From Phoronis australis (lineage: Eukaryota > Animalia > Phoronida), in the NCBI GenBank assembly GCA_002633005.1, contig NMRA01000073.1, forward strand, positions 1 through 64,000: a stretch of 64,000 nucleotides of DNA. Reading direction: 5' to 3'. Numbering within the stretch: position 1 is the first letter of the stretch; every line of letters begins with the position of its first letter. The notes below the pieces were generated by a model. The model did no database searches. It was not told the DNA's origin and saw only the letters and a program-made list of their open reading frames with translations. Positions 38,734 to 51,700 of this stretch are shown piece after piece. Made by a program: the position numbers and the translations under genes.

Positions 38734-38746
38734 ATCCTCGTCGCCA
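38734..38746 (-). promoter_or_regulatory. Primer-binding site complementary to the tRNA-Ser(GCU) 3' end
   Basis: Plus-strand atcctcgtcgcca equals the recalled 3' end of metazoan tRNA-Ser(GCT), ..ATCCTCGTCG-CCA; it lies 3 nt from the LTR end. Confidence 0.8.
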
Positions 38747-38768
38747 AAATGTTGTGTATGTAATACAA

Positions 38769-38837
38769 TAGGCAATGACCATCGCCTCTGTTGGCCCGAA
38801 CCAGGTTCGGGCCAACAGAGGCGATGGTCATTGCCTA
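38769..38837. mobile_element. 69-bp perfect palindromic mini-element with 9-bp TSD inserted in the LTR
   Basis: 34-bp arms (38769-38802 and 38804-38837) with a 1-nt spacer; flanked by gtaatacaa at 38760-38768 and 38838-38846. Confidence 0.9.
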
Positions 38838-39629
38838 GTAATACAAGAGATCATTCGTAGAACATATGTTTATTGTCTCGCTAACACCAAACTACTGCCA
38901 AACACGTGTACAGGCTAACAATATATAAACTGTCAGAGAGTCGCCAGGTGGCGTTGTCACTGCTCTACTGTAAACATAACATAACAGGGGGGCTATAGCC
39001 CCCATGTTTTTCACAGCTCCACCGCCAACGGTCACATGGGTGGCGCATAGGCCATAGAGGGCTGGGGACTATAGGCCCCCACTTTTTCAGTGCCCACTGC
39101 GCCGCCCATGAAAACGCCTGGTCTGGTACATTTAATGATTTAGGTTTCATCCACTTAATAACGAGCTCGCTACCCAGCGATTGCCTGGTTCTCTAAGTCG
39201 TGGACACCCATATCTGCCCACTGTCAAACAAGCTCCTAATAACCCTTTAAAATGAATCGAAACGCCATAAAAATAGTTTTTACCCAATTTTTAGTGGTGA
39301 TAGTCTGCTACCCCTCGCCCTCGGAGTCCATCTTTTTCTGGTGAAGGTCAAGGTAAATTCCAGCCAATCATGAAGAAGTATCTTCTGCGCGGGACTTTTT
39401 CAGCCAAATTACTAGTTATTGGATAAACATCCGCAAACGTATCGGGTATTTGAAAAAAATCATGTTGGGAATAGTCTTTTGTTAGGCGTTGCAGGTACTT
39501 GAAGAAGTAAGATATCACTGTTGACAGTTTTTGGTTTTACTTGACAATGTTGCATTCAAAAGGAATCACATTTGTAAAACTACTACAAAGAACTACATTT
39601 CAGTGGTTATAATACATTCCTGCGCACTT

Positions 39630-39719
39630 TCTAAGATGGCCGACGCAGTCTGATGGATGGTTATCAAATCTTTTACAATAACCAAGGAATTTGAAATCAT
39701 CTTTCTCAAAGATGCCGAG
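39630..39719 (+). promoter_or_regulatory. PCM1: Putative PCM1 first exon (5'UTR plus ATG CCG AG) with YY1-like AAGATGGCCG
   Basis: aagatggccg at ~39633; ATG at 39712 and donor gag|gtatgt, in phase with exon 40426. Confidence 0.6.
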
Positions 39720-42700
39720 GTATGTGAATTAGCAATGTTCTTAAGTAGCGTACGCTTTTATTAATTGCAATGTTATTTTCATTTGATTCTGTACTGCCAT
39801 CGCTTTTGCTGCAAAACTAAAGTTGACAGCCGCCATTGCAAATCTAGCTTGGTAATTTCTAGGCAACGAAGACCCCACCGTCGGACCAATTTTGAATTTT
39901 GGAAATACATCTTATGTCGCTTTTCTCGTTTATGCGTTAATAAATCTGACACTGCTAACGTAGACTACTGTTTCAGGTCGCAATGCCAAATAAATATGCA
40001 TTGCCATTATTATCAGATGCATTTGCATGTGGATGGTAGGGTTGATTTGCCAACTGATGTGGAAATGGTTAGTTAACATTGTTCCACCCTGACCGGGAGG
40101 TCCCTACGGAGCTTGGTTGGCAGTCCTCATGGGTATCTAAGCAGTGGATAGTTATTGCCATGAGCTGACAATAACTTTGAGTAAAAAGCCCTACAAGTTA
40201 GATTCACAATAAATTGTGTCCTTTCTGATATTCTTTGATGCTTTACTCTTAAATTGAATTAATTATGAGTGCAATTTACTTGGCCACATGTTCAAAATCG
40301 TCCATCGACAGCCACATTTTCTTAAAGCCAAGTGCAGAACTTTTTTGGTCAGGTGACCTATAAGTTGCAAATAAGTAACTTAGATCTTTTTCTGTGGCAT
40401 AACTCATCCTTGTCTGTTGTTCCAGAATAACATCTACAGGTGGTGCTGGTGCAGCCCGTGCAGCAATGACTGAACCAAGACGAAGATTGGCTAAAACTAA
40501 GAACACTGTGGATAGTGAAGATGCTGCAAGTATTGGAAGTGGCGTGCGTGATGGACGGCCAAATAACTGGGTAATTAGTTTATAATCATGTATTTCCGAT
40601 TGCTTGTAAAGTCTGATATATTGTTAGGTTGTAAGTGAACCAAGTATCCAGTCATACCATCTACACATACTTTGGCACGGAAATCAAGGTCAAGGTGGGT
40701 GAATTGAAATGTATCCCTTTTGAAAATAATCATAAAAATTAGTGCTTATTTGACATTTTTATGTTTTCCACACAGTCGTTTGTAGCTGTAGCATCTCTCA
40801 CTGTTTGTCTGACAGGGCGGAAGTTGTTGCCTAGGCTATAGTATGCTGTATGTGCCATTATACGTGACCTGATTAGAAATATTCTACATGGGAGATCTTT
40901 TGCATTGTGAAAGCACAAAAGTGACTTGTTTGACCCAATTACTGGTGGTCAAAGTGGGCAGAGTTAACAAAGACGAAAGGGCATTGGTCATCATTTTAAC
41001 ACCCCAACATTTTTTAGGGTAATAATGTTTTTCAACAAAATGATAGAAATTAACAACTAAAGTAAGGAAAGAATCTTCACATTCACTCTTCCCAGCTCTG
41101 TTTGACTTACATTTACACTGAATGACTTATATTTACACTGAAAGACTTGTATTTACATTGGATGTGTGTCGCTCTCAAAAAACGTCATGTCGGTGTGATT
41201 CTCTTGCTTATGTGTTTTTTCCATATATTGACAATATCACGTACATTCCAACATAAAACAATGGGGATTTGATGGCATGGTGCTATGAAATTAAAAAAAA
41301 GCTTTGAAATTCCACCAAGTTTCATGTAGATTATAAGGGACGTTGCATGTTTGGGAACAAAATACTGTTGAACATCTCACAACCATATCAGAAAATAGCT
41401 ATTACAATCTGTTTTTGTCAGTTGAGATGTACCGAAGGCAAGTGCACGATACTGTAAACTAGGGAAATGAGACAGGAATATTAACAATCAAGTTGTGCAA
41501 GAATAATTCTGTACTTTTTGAGTTGGAATGAAGATTGGTTACAGTGATTAGGTCCTTGTTAAGATTAAATATTACTCTGTCTACTGTTTAGTTTGCTTCC
41601 CTGAGTGTGACATAAGGTTGTAGTATTGAGTATCAATGTTTGCTCATTAATTATTGATGAATGCTCTTGAATAGGTTCAAAGGGCTTCTGCAAAACTTGT
41701 TGTTACCTTTGTTAACTAATTCATTCACAAGCTGAGTGACTGGGTCAGGGGTGAGTAAAAATCTGTCTGTACAAATAAATTAGATATTATCATGGTGTGT
41801 TTGAGTAAAGTTCAGCTTGATTGCTTGTAAATTTTAATATTGCATTTTAAGGACTTCTCCGACTGGAAACCCAGCTCTGTGTTTGATGAGCGGGTGAAGA
41901 AAGGAAACCAGGAACGCGAGAAAGAACAGTCGTTGTCGCTGGAGTCGACGCCAACACAGGAAAATAAACACAGGACGCCACACACGTTCCCACGGACAAA
42001 GTTCACGGCGAATACCCCCACATCACAGAGGATAGCCTTAGAGAATCTTCGGCAACAGCTGTTGTTCAGCGGGGATGAGGTAAGCATTTAACCTTGCTGC
42101 TAGAATCTAATAAACTACTTGCAGGTTTCCAAAGTTAGTGAAAAAGTGGGACAGAATTGCCATCTTGTTGCATAACTTCGCATAAGGTCTCCAGCTCTGC
42201 ACGTGGGAAATAATCATGGTGTCTAGCAAACCTCTGGCAAATTCTCACCCTGCAATAACAGGATAGCACCATGACACCTAGGGAAGTGGGACAAAAATCC
42301 TCCATGTTTCTTACAGTGAAAAAACCTATAAGAAAGAATGTTGTTTGTGCAAATTGCGATGGTATTGGCGATTCAGTGTGCACAAATAATGAGCCAGTTG
42401 GCGTAGGTGGTTACTGCTGTTGACATTAATGATTAGTCTATGCAAGTTATTGGTGTGACGGTTATGATGTCCATAACATTTGTGTCCTGTTTTCAGGCGA
42501 CAAGCACGGATGGTGAGCTAACTAATGGCATCAACATCCCCGTCATTCGCGAGGGTGAACCCAATAATGAGCGTAATGTGCCTGTGGTGCGTGGCATGCC
42601 TGCTAATTATCAACGACAGGACACCAGCAGTGGGGGCGAGGATGGCCAACAGGTGGCAGAGGATGGGGTAACTGTTAGGTCACATTTTTATCCCAAAAGT

Positions 42701-45700
42701 AGACTTTTGTGTCTGTAGCAACTACTATTGTGTTACCCAATACTGTACTTGGTATCAGTCGTCTCGTTTTTCATAGTTCAGATAGGTTGGTTTTTTGTTG
42801 AGTGCGAACACATTTATGGCTGATAAAACCATATAAATGACTGTAACATTTAAGAAATGTCAGCTAACTGTCAAAATAGTGAAATGAACAAAAGTATATA
42901 AAGTATTCTGCAAGTCGGTATTCAATAGTCAACTTTAGTGTTGACTGAAGCTCTATCAATAAACAGTGTTGGTTGGACATCTATGGGTTTCGCTCTCATT
43001 TCAGCCGGATAGTAACCAGATTGTGGGCCGCCTGATGCAGATTCGCGACTACCTGAAGCAGGCTACAGTCATGTTAGACAACCTGAGTATGTCGCCAGAG
43101 TCGGTAAGTAACAGTGTTAGAACTATAGAACTGTGTTGTATAAAACATGAAAAACTGTTGTTCTCTTCGTATTATTGCTGGATACTTGTATTCCTGATTG
43201 GCTGAAACACCGTATGATGAATTCTGATATTCCATAATATTGACCAACCTGGATGTGGAATATCACTTTTCGTTACTGCTGACCAGACGTCAAATATTGT
43301 TATTCGTGATCTGACCTATGACATGCTGTAGAACCATAAATAACCTGACCATGTAGTGAGCGCGGACAATGGCAGTACATCACAGCAGGTACAAACTAAG
43401 AAGCTAATCTCATGAGATTAAAAACTTGAGGAAAGAAGTACCAGTGGTTGTATAATAAGAAATATAGACTGATTCCTTGGTCAGTGATCAACCTAATATC
43501 ACCCTCGGATCAGTCCATATTTCTATTCTGTTGCGCCTCCATGTCATCTTCATTATTACTGATTCTTCAGTCATTTCCAACTACAGTTATCATTAACATG
43601 TGACTCAGTGTACAACTGTCATTGGTGTAGCTATAAGGTTACTTGTTTATGTTTGTATCATAGCTGATGAAGTGTATCAACCATTTTAGCTTCAAGGCAG
43701 CTCCCACTTGTGGCTCATCCTTCTCAACACAATTGCCACAGCTGTGTGTTGATTTTTTGTGTTACTGTGAAACTCAAAATTGCCAGCTATGATTCCCATC
43801 CCCTGAATAAACAGAGCAACTGGTGTTATCTTAATATTCATTTTAGGATGGCAATCAGAGGCTCAGAGATCTGATGAAAGTCATTTCTAATCTGCGCACA
43901 CAGGAGCACTACTATCTGAACTTGCTTTCTCGCATTGCGGTCAGTTTTGTTGTTTTGGTTTTGTTTATTGCTGATTGCATTCTGTTTTGTTGTTGTGTTT
44001 GTGTTCATGTTGTGTTCTGTAACATTTACAGCCTGAGAGTCGTGAACAAATGAACAAGCTGACGAGGCTGATCGAACACCTGCGTGATCAAGAGAAGGGC
44101 TACATGGAACTTTTGCAGAAGATGCTGGTGGGTGTAAGCTGTCTCACAGCTCCTGCTTATGAGAACGTATTCAAAAGTTTTCATTTTATGTGTGGCATGG
44201 GCTAATCATAACATTGATGACTAAGTCAAGATGGGCTTAAATATCGCAATGATGTGAATTTGTTTGTAGCATCACAGTGGCCCCTAACAACGCCCCAACA
44301 AACTGTATTCCTCATTTCAAATCAACTACCACATCCGCTCTGTTATAAGTCCATGGGCCATTGGGAGCCCTAAACATTGGGTCGGGGTTATATTTGGGTT
44401 TTCTTATGTCGCACATTAGTGTTAAATCTCACTGGCTTGTGCATTTGTGTAAAAGACGGTGGTCTTTAATTGTACACTTGTTTGTAAGCCCATTGGCTAG
44501 TACTGCACATTGGGTGCATAAGCTGATGGACATACATTGGCCCATGGACGTGCTGCACGCTAATATGGTGAATGTGCCCTGTTGGGATGTGCTTTTTCTA
44601 GGCAGCTTTGTGCTAACCTGCTTATCAACAAGGCACACGTGAGAGAATTCCATTTAACATGGACTTGAAGGTGAAAGAGGGTGACCTTGTTCCCGAGCAA
44701 TTGGTTTTGTGAGAATGATCCAAAAGGCTAATATCAGTGGGTGGCTTTGTACCAGAGGGGATACAGCACGTAGACCTTCCAAAACTTGACTGTGCAGTAA
44801 GAGTGCATGTTGTTGAACATTTTTCTGAGTCTTTTGTCATCTTGTAGGCTATGAGAGATGAAACACTGCTAGTGATGGAGAACTCTGGCGAATCCAGCAA
44901 CTCCAAGTCTGTAGCTGAGAGTGTGTCTATTGACATTGACGGACGGTCGGACATTTCTGAGGCCACCACTGTAAGTAGAGTAAATTTAAACTTCATTTGT
45001 ACTGGGTATGTGAATAGAAAATTTGCCCAAACAGTTTGTAATGAAGGGATATCTGTTTAAAGTTCTTTGCAGTTAAAATGTCAGGGTAAGCTGAAACTGT
45101 TGAGGTAGCAGTTTTTCATGTCTGGTGTTATACTTTGAGTGAAGTCATAGAAATTAATTCAGTTTGGGCAATTGTTTCTCTGCAGTAAACCTTTTTGATT
45201 CAGCTTAGATAATAGTTTGAGAGTGACTGCTGTAGTTGCATGGTTGGTGATATCTGTTTACAAATATCAGTTGTTCTGCTTTGGCTACGATAGGCATGGT
45301 TTTTGTTCTTGTTCTTCACTGAAGGGGGGGGGTAAATACTAAAGAGTGTATTCCTGTGTCAGCTATGGCAGGAACGAGATAGAAGATTCACTAGTTAGGG
45401 ACAAACTCACAATGGTCAACATCTTTTTGTACACACAAAGTTTTGTTTTTTCCAAAGGATCGCTCAATAAATATCCGCACGCGGCCAAAAATCGAGAGCC
45501 ACATGGGTTTCTATAGTGACACAGACGGCGAGGTGCCCACTAGCGCGCGCTCCAACCTCTCTCAAATATCCGAGACCAGTAATAACTCATTTTCGGAGAC
45601 ACTGAGGTTCGAGTCGCCCACTCAGCTGAGCCGAGATCTTGTCAAGGGAACCTCTACCTCAACTGCTACCAACAGTGTTGCTACTACAAACGAGGTTAGA

Positions 45701-48700
45701 TCACACTTCACGCGTGATCATGAGTAGCGGGGTGATTTTTACTGACATCGTCCGATGACCAGTTTTGAGTCAAGATAGTGGGCCACTGCAGGGCAGGAGC
45801 ACATTTTCCCAATTTAACCTGCAATTGTATAACATTTAATCTTGTGTAGCTTGCTTGATTGATATAATATTCCACATTGACCTTGTCTTTGCCGTGACGA
45901 AGGAGGATTTAAAAAATTACTACTGATTGTCGATATTTTCGTCCTGCGTCAAATCCGCTATATTGTGGCTTCTTCGTCCATTAAGATAAGGCACGCGTTG
46001 GGTTTTCTATTTGGCATAACTTTCTCCCCATTTTTGTGTGCATGTAGCCTTCTCGTCACTCCCAACTCATGCCTGCTTCTCACGTACTTTGACATTATTG
46101 TGGAGTCTAGTCTGCGATTGCAGTAAAAGTCACCCCGAATACACGGCACACGTGGGTTGTTTTATTATCCATTCTTAAGTCTCCGATCACTCTCTTTTAT
46201 CTCTCTCTGTGTTTTGACCCGCACTCAAGCCAGACTGTGTGGCCTGCCGGTTTGTACTGTTTACATGACCATACTGTGTCTACTGTTGTTGGGTGACTCT
46301 TGCTGCAGCCATGTTCGTACGTTGTGTGTTGCTCTGTGTTTCTCTAACCTGCTTGTTCTCATTGACTGTTGGACGGATCTTTGGAATATGACCAGCTACT
46401 GTTACACTACACAAGCCTAGGCTTGTTGTGCATCAATACACTCTCCCAGGATCAGCAGTTAAACATTCTAGACTAGGTCACAGTTGTTCAGATTTTTTGT
46501 ATTAGTGTTTAAGTTTCTTAATTGTAAAAAGTAGACTGGTTTGCGACTTACTCTTTGTGGGTTGTGGAGCTGAGTTTCGTTGTGACATGTTACTCTTGAG
46601 CCTTAGTGCTTTTTCGACAGTATAGTAAAGGTTGTTTCTGTGTGTTGACTTTCATCTGTGCTTTCGTTTAGTATTAACCTGTTATGTATCTTGTGCGTGT
46701 GGCTTTGAAATAACTCTTTTGTCTTGTGCCGTGTGGTGAACCTGTTCTTGCTTTCAGGTAGACATTTTGTATTCTGCTCGCTTATTTAGTTGTTAAAATA
46801 GACTCATTAAAAGAATTTCTCATTTTCAGTCTGAGAAGAATGAACTGCAGGGCTTGCGCACTCAGCATGAACTACTGACGAAGATGTTGGCACAGCAGAA
46901 ACAGGTTAGTCTTGCTGTGAAAGGAGTGGCTTCACTTAATCGAGTCGAGGTCAAAATTAACATCATCGAGCTAGGATTTCTTAAAGTTTGTATTGGCTGA
47001 TTTGGCCACAGAAGTAATTGGTGAGTTCCACCTGATTCATGGTGGATTAGTGTGAAATTAAGAAGCTGACATCTACATTGCTTTACGTGTTTTTTAATGG
47101 TTTGTAAATATGACTCTGCATTTGCTGGTTAAGGTTTTAGTAACTTTGTGTACTGATCTATTTAAGCCTTTGTGCAGTAACTTATATTTCACAAATTAAT
47201 ATCAATAATGCAATTTCAGAAAATTTACTTCGCTATAAATTTAAAAGTTTTGTGAATAAACCTTTTACTTTCTTGATCAGAAATTTTCAATATTTGCAGC
47301 ACAGCAAATTCTGTGCTTGGTGTACAGATAGAGACAGTCTGACTGTGTCTCGTTGATTACTGCTTATCTTGAGGGCCCTCTTGGAAAGCAGTGCTATCAC
47401 TGAAGAGGCCACCCTCATTTTAAATATCACAATAATAAATAAATAAATATGGTCGAGTTGTAATCCCCTGACTCGAGTCCCTTTGTTTGTAGCTGAAGGC
47501 TCTTCAGGAGAGACAGGCTGAACTTCTTCAACTTCAAAGGAATGCTGAGCAGAGATTGGTGGACAGAACAGCAGAGTTGAATGAGGGTGAGTTAGCGGCG
47601 ACACATTTTCGAACTGCTTTGACAAAGTAAATTAGGCTTTAGGAAAGTTAGGAGTATTAATAGTGATTTTATTATTGTTACTTTGTCTACTGCTGTTTTT
47701 AAGTGGTTGCTGTTTAATCACTATTTCTTGTCAATCTTTGCATCATACTTTTAATTACCATACCAAGATTTGACATTTTAAAATGTGCATGAAATTGCCC
47801 ATAGCTTTTGAACGTTTTTCCAATGTCATCACTACTAAGACTGCTGCACCCCAATTGTATTTATTCAGGACTTTTAACTCTTCCTCTTAATGCATAATTT
47901 TTTCGTGCTTATTTGACACTGGCTATCATTAAGCAACTATTGTATGTAATTTATGTTGTTCAAAGCAAGATGGAGAAATTGACTCTTTATACGTCAAATT
48001 GTTCTTACCAGAATTGCATTTCTTGTGTTTTTAGCATGTCTTGAAAAGTAACTCAAATGAAAACTATTTATCATGTTATGAAGTAGCATTTGTACCACTT
48101 TAATTTGTGACTAGAGCACTTTATTAGTCCAGTTTTTTTGAAACATAACCATGTGTTGTGTTGTTTAGCTCGGGAAGCTGCAGAAAGCTACAAGGAGGTT
48201 GCTGACCACTATAGAGAGGCATCAGAGATGTCACAGACTGCGCAGTCAGACACAGAGGGTACACTTACTGATAATGAGGTAGTGCCGCAGGAGTTGAAAG
48301 ACTTGAGGAAACGACTCGCTTTCCTCAGAAATATCTATGCTGCTGACACACAGGTGAGCCTATTGCCTGTGCATCACTGGTGGATGTTAAGAGTTAGGTG
48401 ACTACTTTCAGTAAGATAGAATGCTTTTTTGTGAATTCAGTTGCAAGCTAAGCTGTAGCAATTAACTAGTGCTTGATTTTTACATTTTGTTCTGTTTTTT
48501 TTTATTTGCTGGATTATGTGGCCACTGCAGATGCTGGTGTATTTGGTCATGGCCATCAATAGTCTTTCTGTAGAAGTGATTGTTTCAGGCATGGAAGACC
48601 GTACTCTTAGTGGCTTTAGTGGTAGGTGTAAAGTGTTTTGAAATGAAAGCAAGTTGAACGTTTTTGTCAAGTCTCCTCGTGGGGGGGGGATCAACAAATG

Positions 48701-51700
48701 GTCCCCGACTTTACAACCACTTGCCCGGACTTCAAAACTAGTCGGCTAGACTGCAAATCAAATGGCCGGTGATCAAACGTGTTGACCGGACTTCCTCAGA
48801 GACTCGCTTTGAATGTCTCAATGGATGCAAGTGACATCTAGTGTTTATTGTTCGTACCCATTTGTTTTGTTCATCATTGACGATTTGTTTGGCCATTGTG
48901 TTTGAGCACTGGCCAACCAATTTTTTTCTGGTTTTGAGGTACCGGCCAACCTGTTTTGAGGTCCGACCACCAAGTTAGAACACCGGCCATGGGGTTTTGT
49001 AGTCTAGCCAGCTGGTTTTGAAGTCTGGGCAAGTGGTTAAGGACTTGGAATTTTCCTCTTTTAAGAATATAAATCGGTAAATAAAACAACAAGAATGGAT
49101 CAACTGAAATTTGAAATTTTCGGAGGTAACAACTTCCTTTATCAACAAAAACAGAAATAAAGTAAAATCAAACACGAAATGACAATTGACATATAAGATA
49201 TGGTGTAATGAAAATGATACATTTTTGCGTAAAAAATTCAATGACATATTTTAAGTTTTTATGTTCAATCCATGAGGTTCTATTGTATTCAGTTTGTCTA
49301 TCCAATATTGTTCTCTTTTAAGTCTGTGAGGGGTACTGGGGTGTTGGAGTTTTTCTATTATTTGTACAGAAAGATCTTGAATATTATGGTTTTTGGAATT
49401 GAAATGATTACCTACAGTATCAGAAATGTTTTTATGTATTATGTTAAATCTATGATTACGAAACCGAGTTTGTAGATTATGTTGAGTTTGTCCTACGTAT
49501 TGGATAGAACATTTTTTACAAGTTATAANAGGTGACTACTTTCAGTGAGATAGAATGCTTTTTTGTGAATTCAGTTGCAAGCTAAGCTGTAGGAATTTAC
49601 ATTTTGTTCTGTTTTTTTTATTTGCTGGATTATGTGGCCACTGCAGATGCTGGTGTATTTGGTTAGAGTCACGGCCATCAATAGTCTTTCTGTAGAAGTG
49701 ATTGTTTCAGACATGGAATACCGTACTCTTAGTGGCTTTAGTGGTAGGTGTAAAGTGTTTTGAAGTGAAAGCAAGTTGAACGTTTTTGTCAAGTCTCCNC
49801 TTCAAAACCAGTCGGCTGGACTGCAAATCAAATGGCCGGTGATCAATTGTGTTGGCCAGACTTCCTCAGAGACTCACTTTGAATGTCTCAATGGATGCAA
49901 GTGACATCTAGTGTTTATTGTTCGTACCCATTTGTTTTGTTCAACATTGACGATTTGTTTGGCCATTGTGTTTGAGCACTGGCCAACCAATTTTTTTCTG
50001 GAATTTTCTTCTTTTAAGAGGATGTCCTCCTTTTGTGGTTTTGATTTCCTCTTATTTTATTTCCAGTTTACTCTTTTTTTGTCTCTTTTTTATCATTATT
50101 GTGACTTTATTCATGCGAAAACAAATTTTTTCAATTAAATTATACAACACAAAAAATATTTGTATCACAGAACCCTATTAATTTGTGGAACGATATATCA
50201 CCTGGAAAATTTTCCTCTTTTTTGTCATTGGTCATTCCAAGCCCTGGTGGTTTTGAACGACCAATTGTTGATTCCCCCTTGCTCATAGTCCATTCGTTTT
50301 TCTTGTAGTCGGAGTCTATGAATCAGTCAGTGGATGAAGGTAACACCAGTACCATGGAGTCTGAGCAGTCATTCGCGGCGGCGGAGCGTGCTGAGTTGAA
50401 GGACAAATTGAGAGACCTTCAAACCAAGAAGGCGCGCATGGATGACCTGCTGCAGGAACTACAGAGTCTGCGCACACAGCGGTATCAGCAGCTTCATAAT
50501 GGTAGGTGCATCTGACTTTTGTGGCAATTCCTTTCATCAGAGTTTGTCACTTAAAAGTGTAATAATGCAATGGGGTGAACTGTCACTTTCGTGTGCAATG
50601 GTTTGTAAATCTGTGCATTGTCCAAATGATCCAATATTACAAGTTGCAGTAAATGTCAATTATTTGGAGAACTGAAATACTCATGGCCTAGTTCCGTGTA
50701 ATACATACTCTTTGAAATGGCAATTATCATAGTTTGTACTTTGGCTGATCCATTCATCATTTTTTGTGTTTTCTCTGTAGACCTTGATGGTGACAAAGAC
50801 AGTACAACGTCATCTCAGCGGCGAATCAGTGAGTCGATTGCGGCCACGGCTTCGGCCAATCAGACGGCAGACACAGCCAATGAGGTTTTGGAAGTTCTGG
50901 ATGCCAAGTCAAAGATGAAGTAAGCTTGTAATGTGATACTCATTCAGTAGCATTGGAGCTGGGATTTTACTTGAAGCCACTATAAACCTGGCTGCGTGTC
51001 TTTGATACTAAAACAGTGCTTTGGAACTGGTTTTCTACAGAGTCGTTCTCACTAAATTTGTCTTTATTTTTTGTGACATATCCGATATCACCATCTACAC
51101 TAGTCTTGTGGTTGTACTGTTAGTTATCAATGCACCCACATATTGTGCTGTCATCCCTGTTTGTCCGTCTGGCGTCCGCTGCTCTATCTCCTAAACCCTT
51201 CTATTTATATGAAATTTTGCACACCTGTTCCTGGAGGGGATGGCATGAGCGAACTTTCAGACAGATCCCACTACCGGTGTGCCCCCTAGTGGCAATTTTA
51301 GTGTTTACATCTGTATCTTAAAAGGTCCTCTACAGATTCCAATAAAATTTGGTAGATAGGCATTTGTCAGTGAGATCATGCTATTCCTCCGTTTTTGGTT
51401 GGATTTGAAGTATTTTGCGCCACATAGTAGCCATTTTTACTGTTTTCCATTTTTTTGGCATCCGCCCACTATCAACCAAACCATTCTAAGGATAATTGTG
51501 AAAATTAGACTTTATGTTGCTACTGTTAATAGGACAGCTGGTGATGATTTTCTTATTGTGGTGCCTGTTAGTGCAGTGTGTTTTTCTGCTAAACCCTCTG
51601 CAGGATCTTTATTATATTTAGCAAGTGTATTTATAACAAGTTGCATTGCTCTTGTTTTTGTTGTTACAAAAACACAAGATTTTGTTTCATTGGACTATTC

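Larger units (their letters stand above)
37848..38986 (-). mobile_element. Ty3/Gypsy LTR retrotransposon 5' part (LTR, PBS, gag), cut off by the N-gap 37584-37847
   Basis: LTR TGTT..AACA at 38986-38750 with a TATA-like box and AATAAA; PBS TGGCGACGAGGAT at 38746-38734; gag ORF immediately downstream. Confidence 0.9.

Noticed and set aside
40080-40175. Possible tRNA-derived SINE or ncRNA remnant
   Set aside because: No A/B boxes or cloverleaf could be identified; no tRNA or rRNA gene is supportable anywhere in the window.
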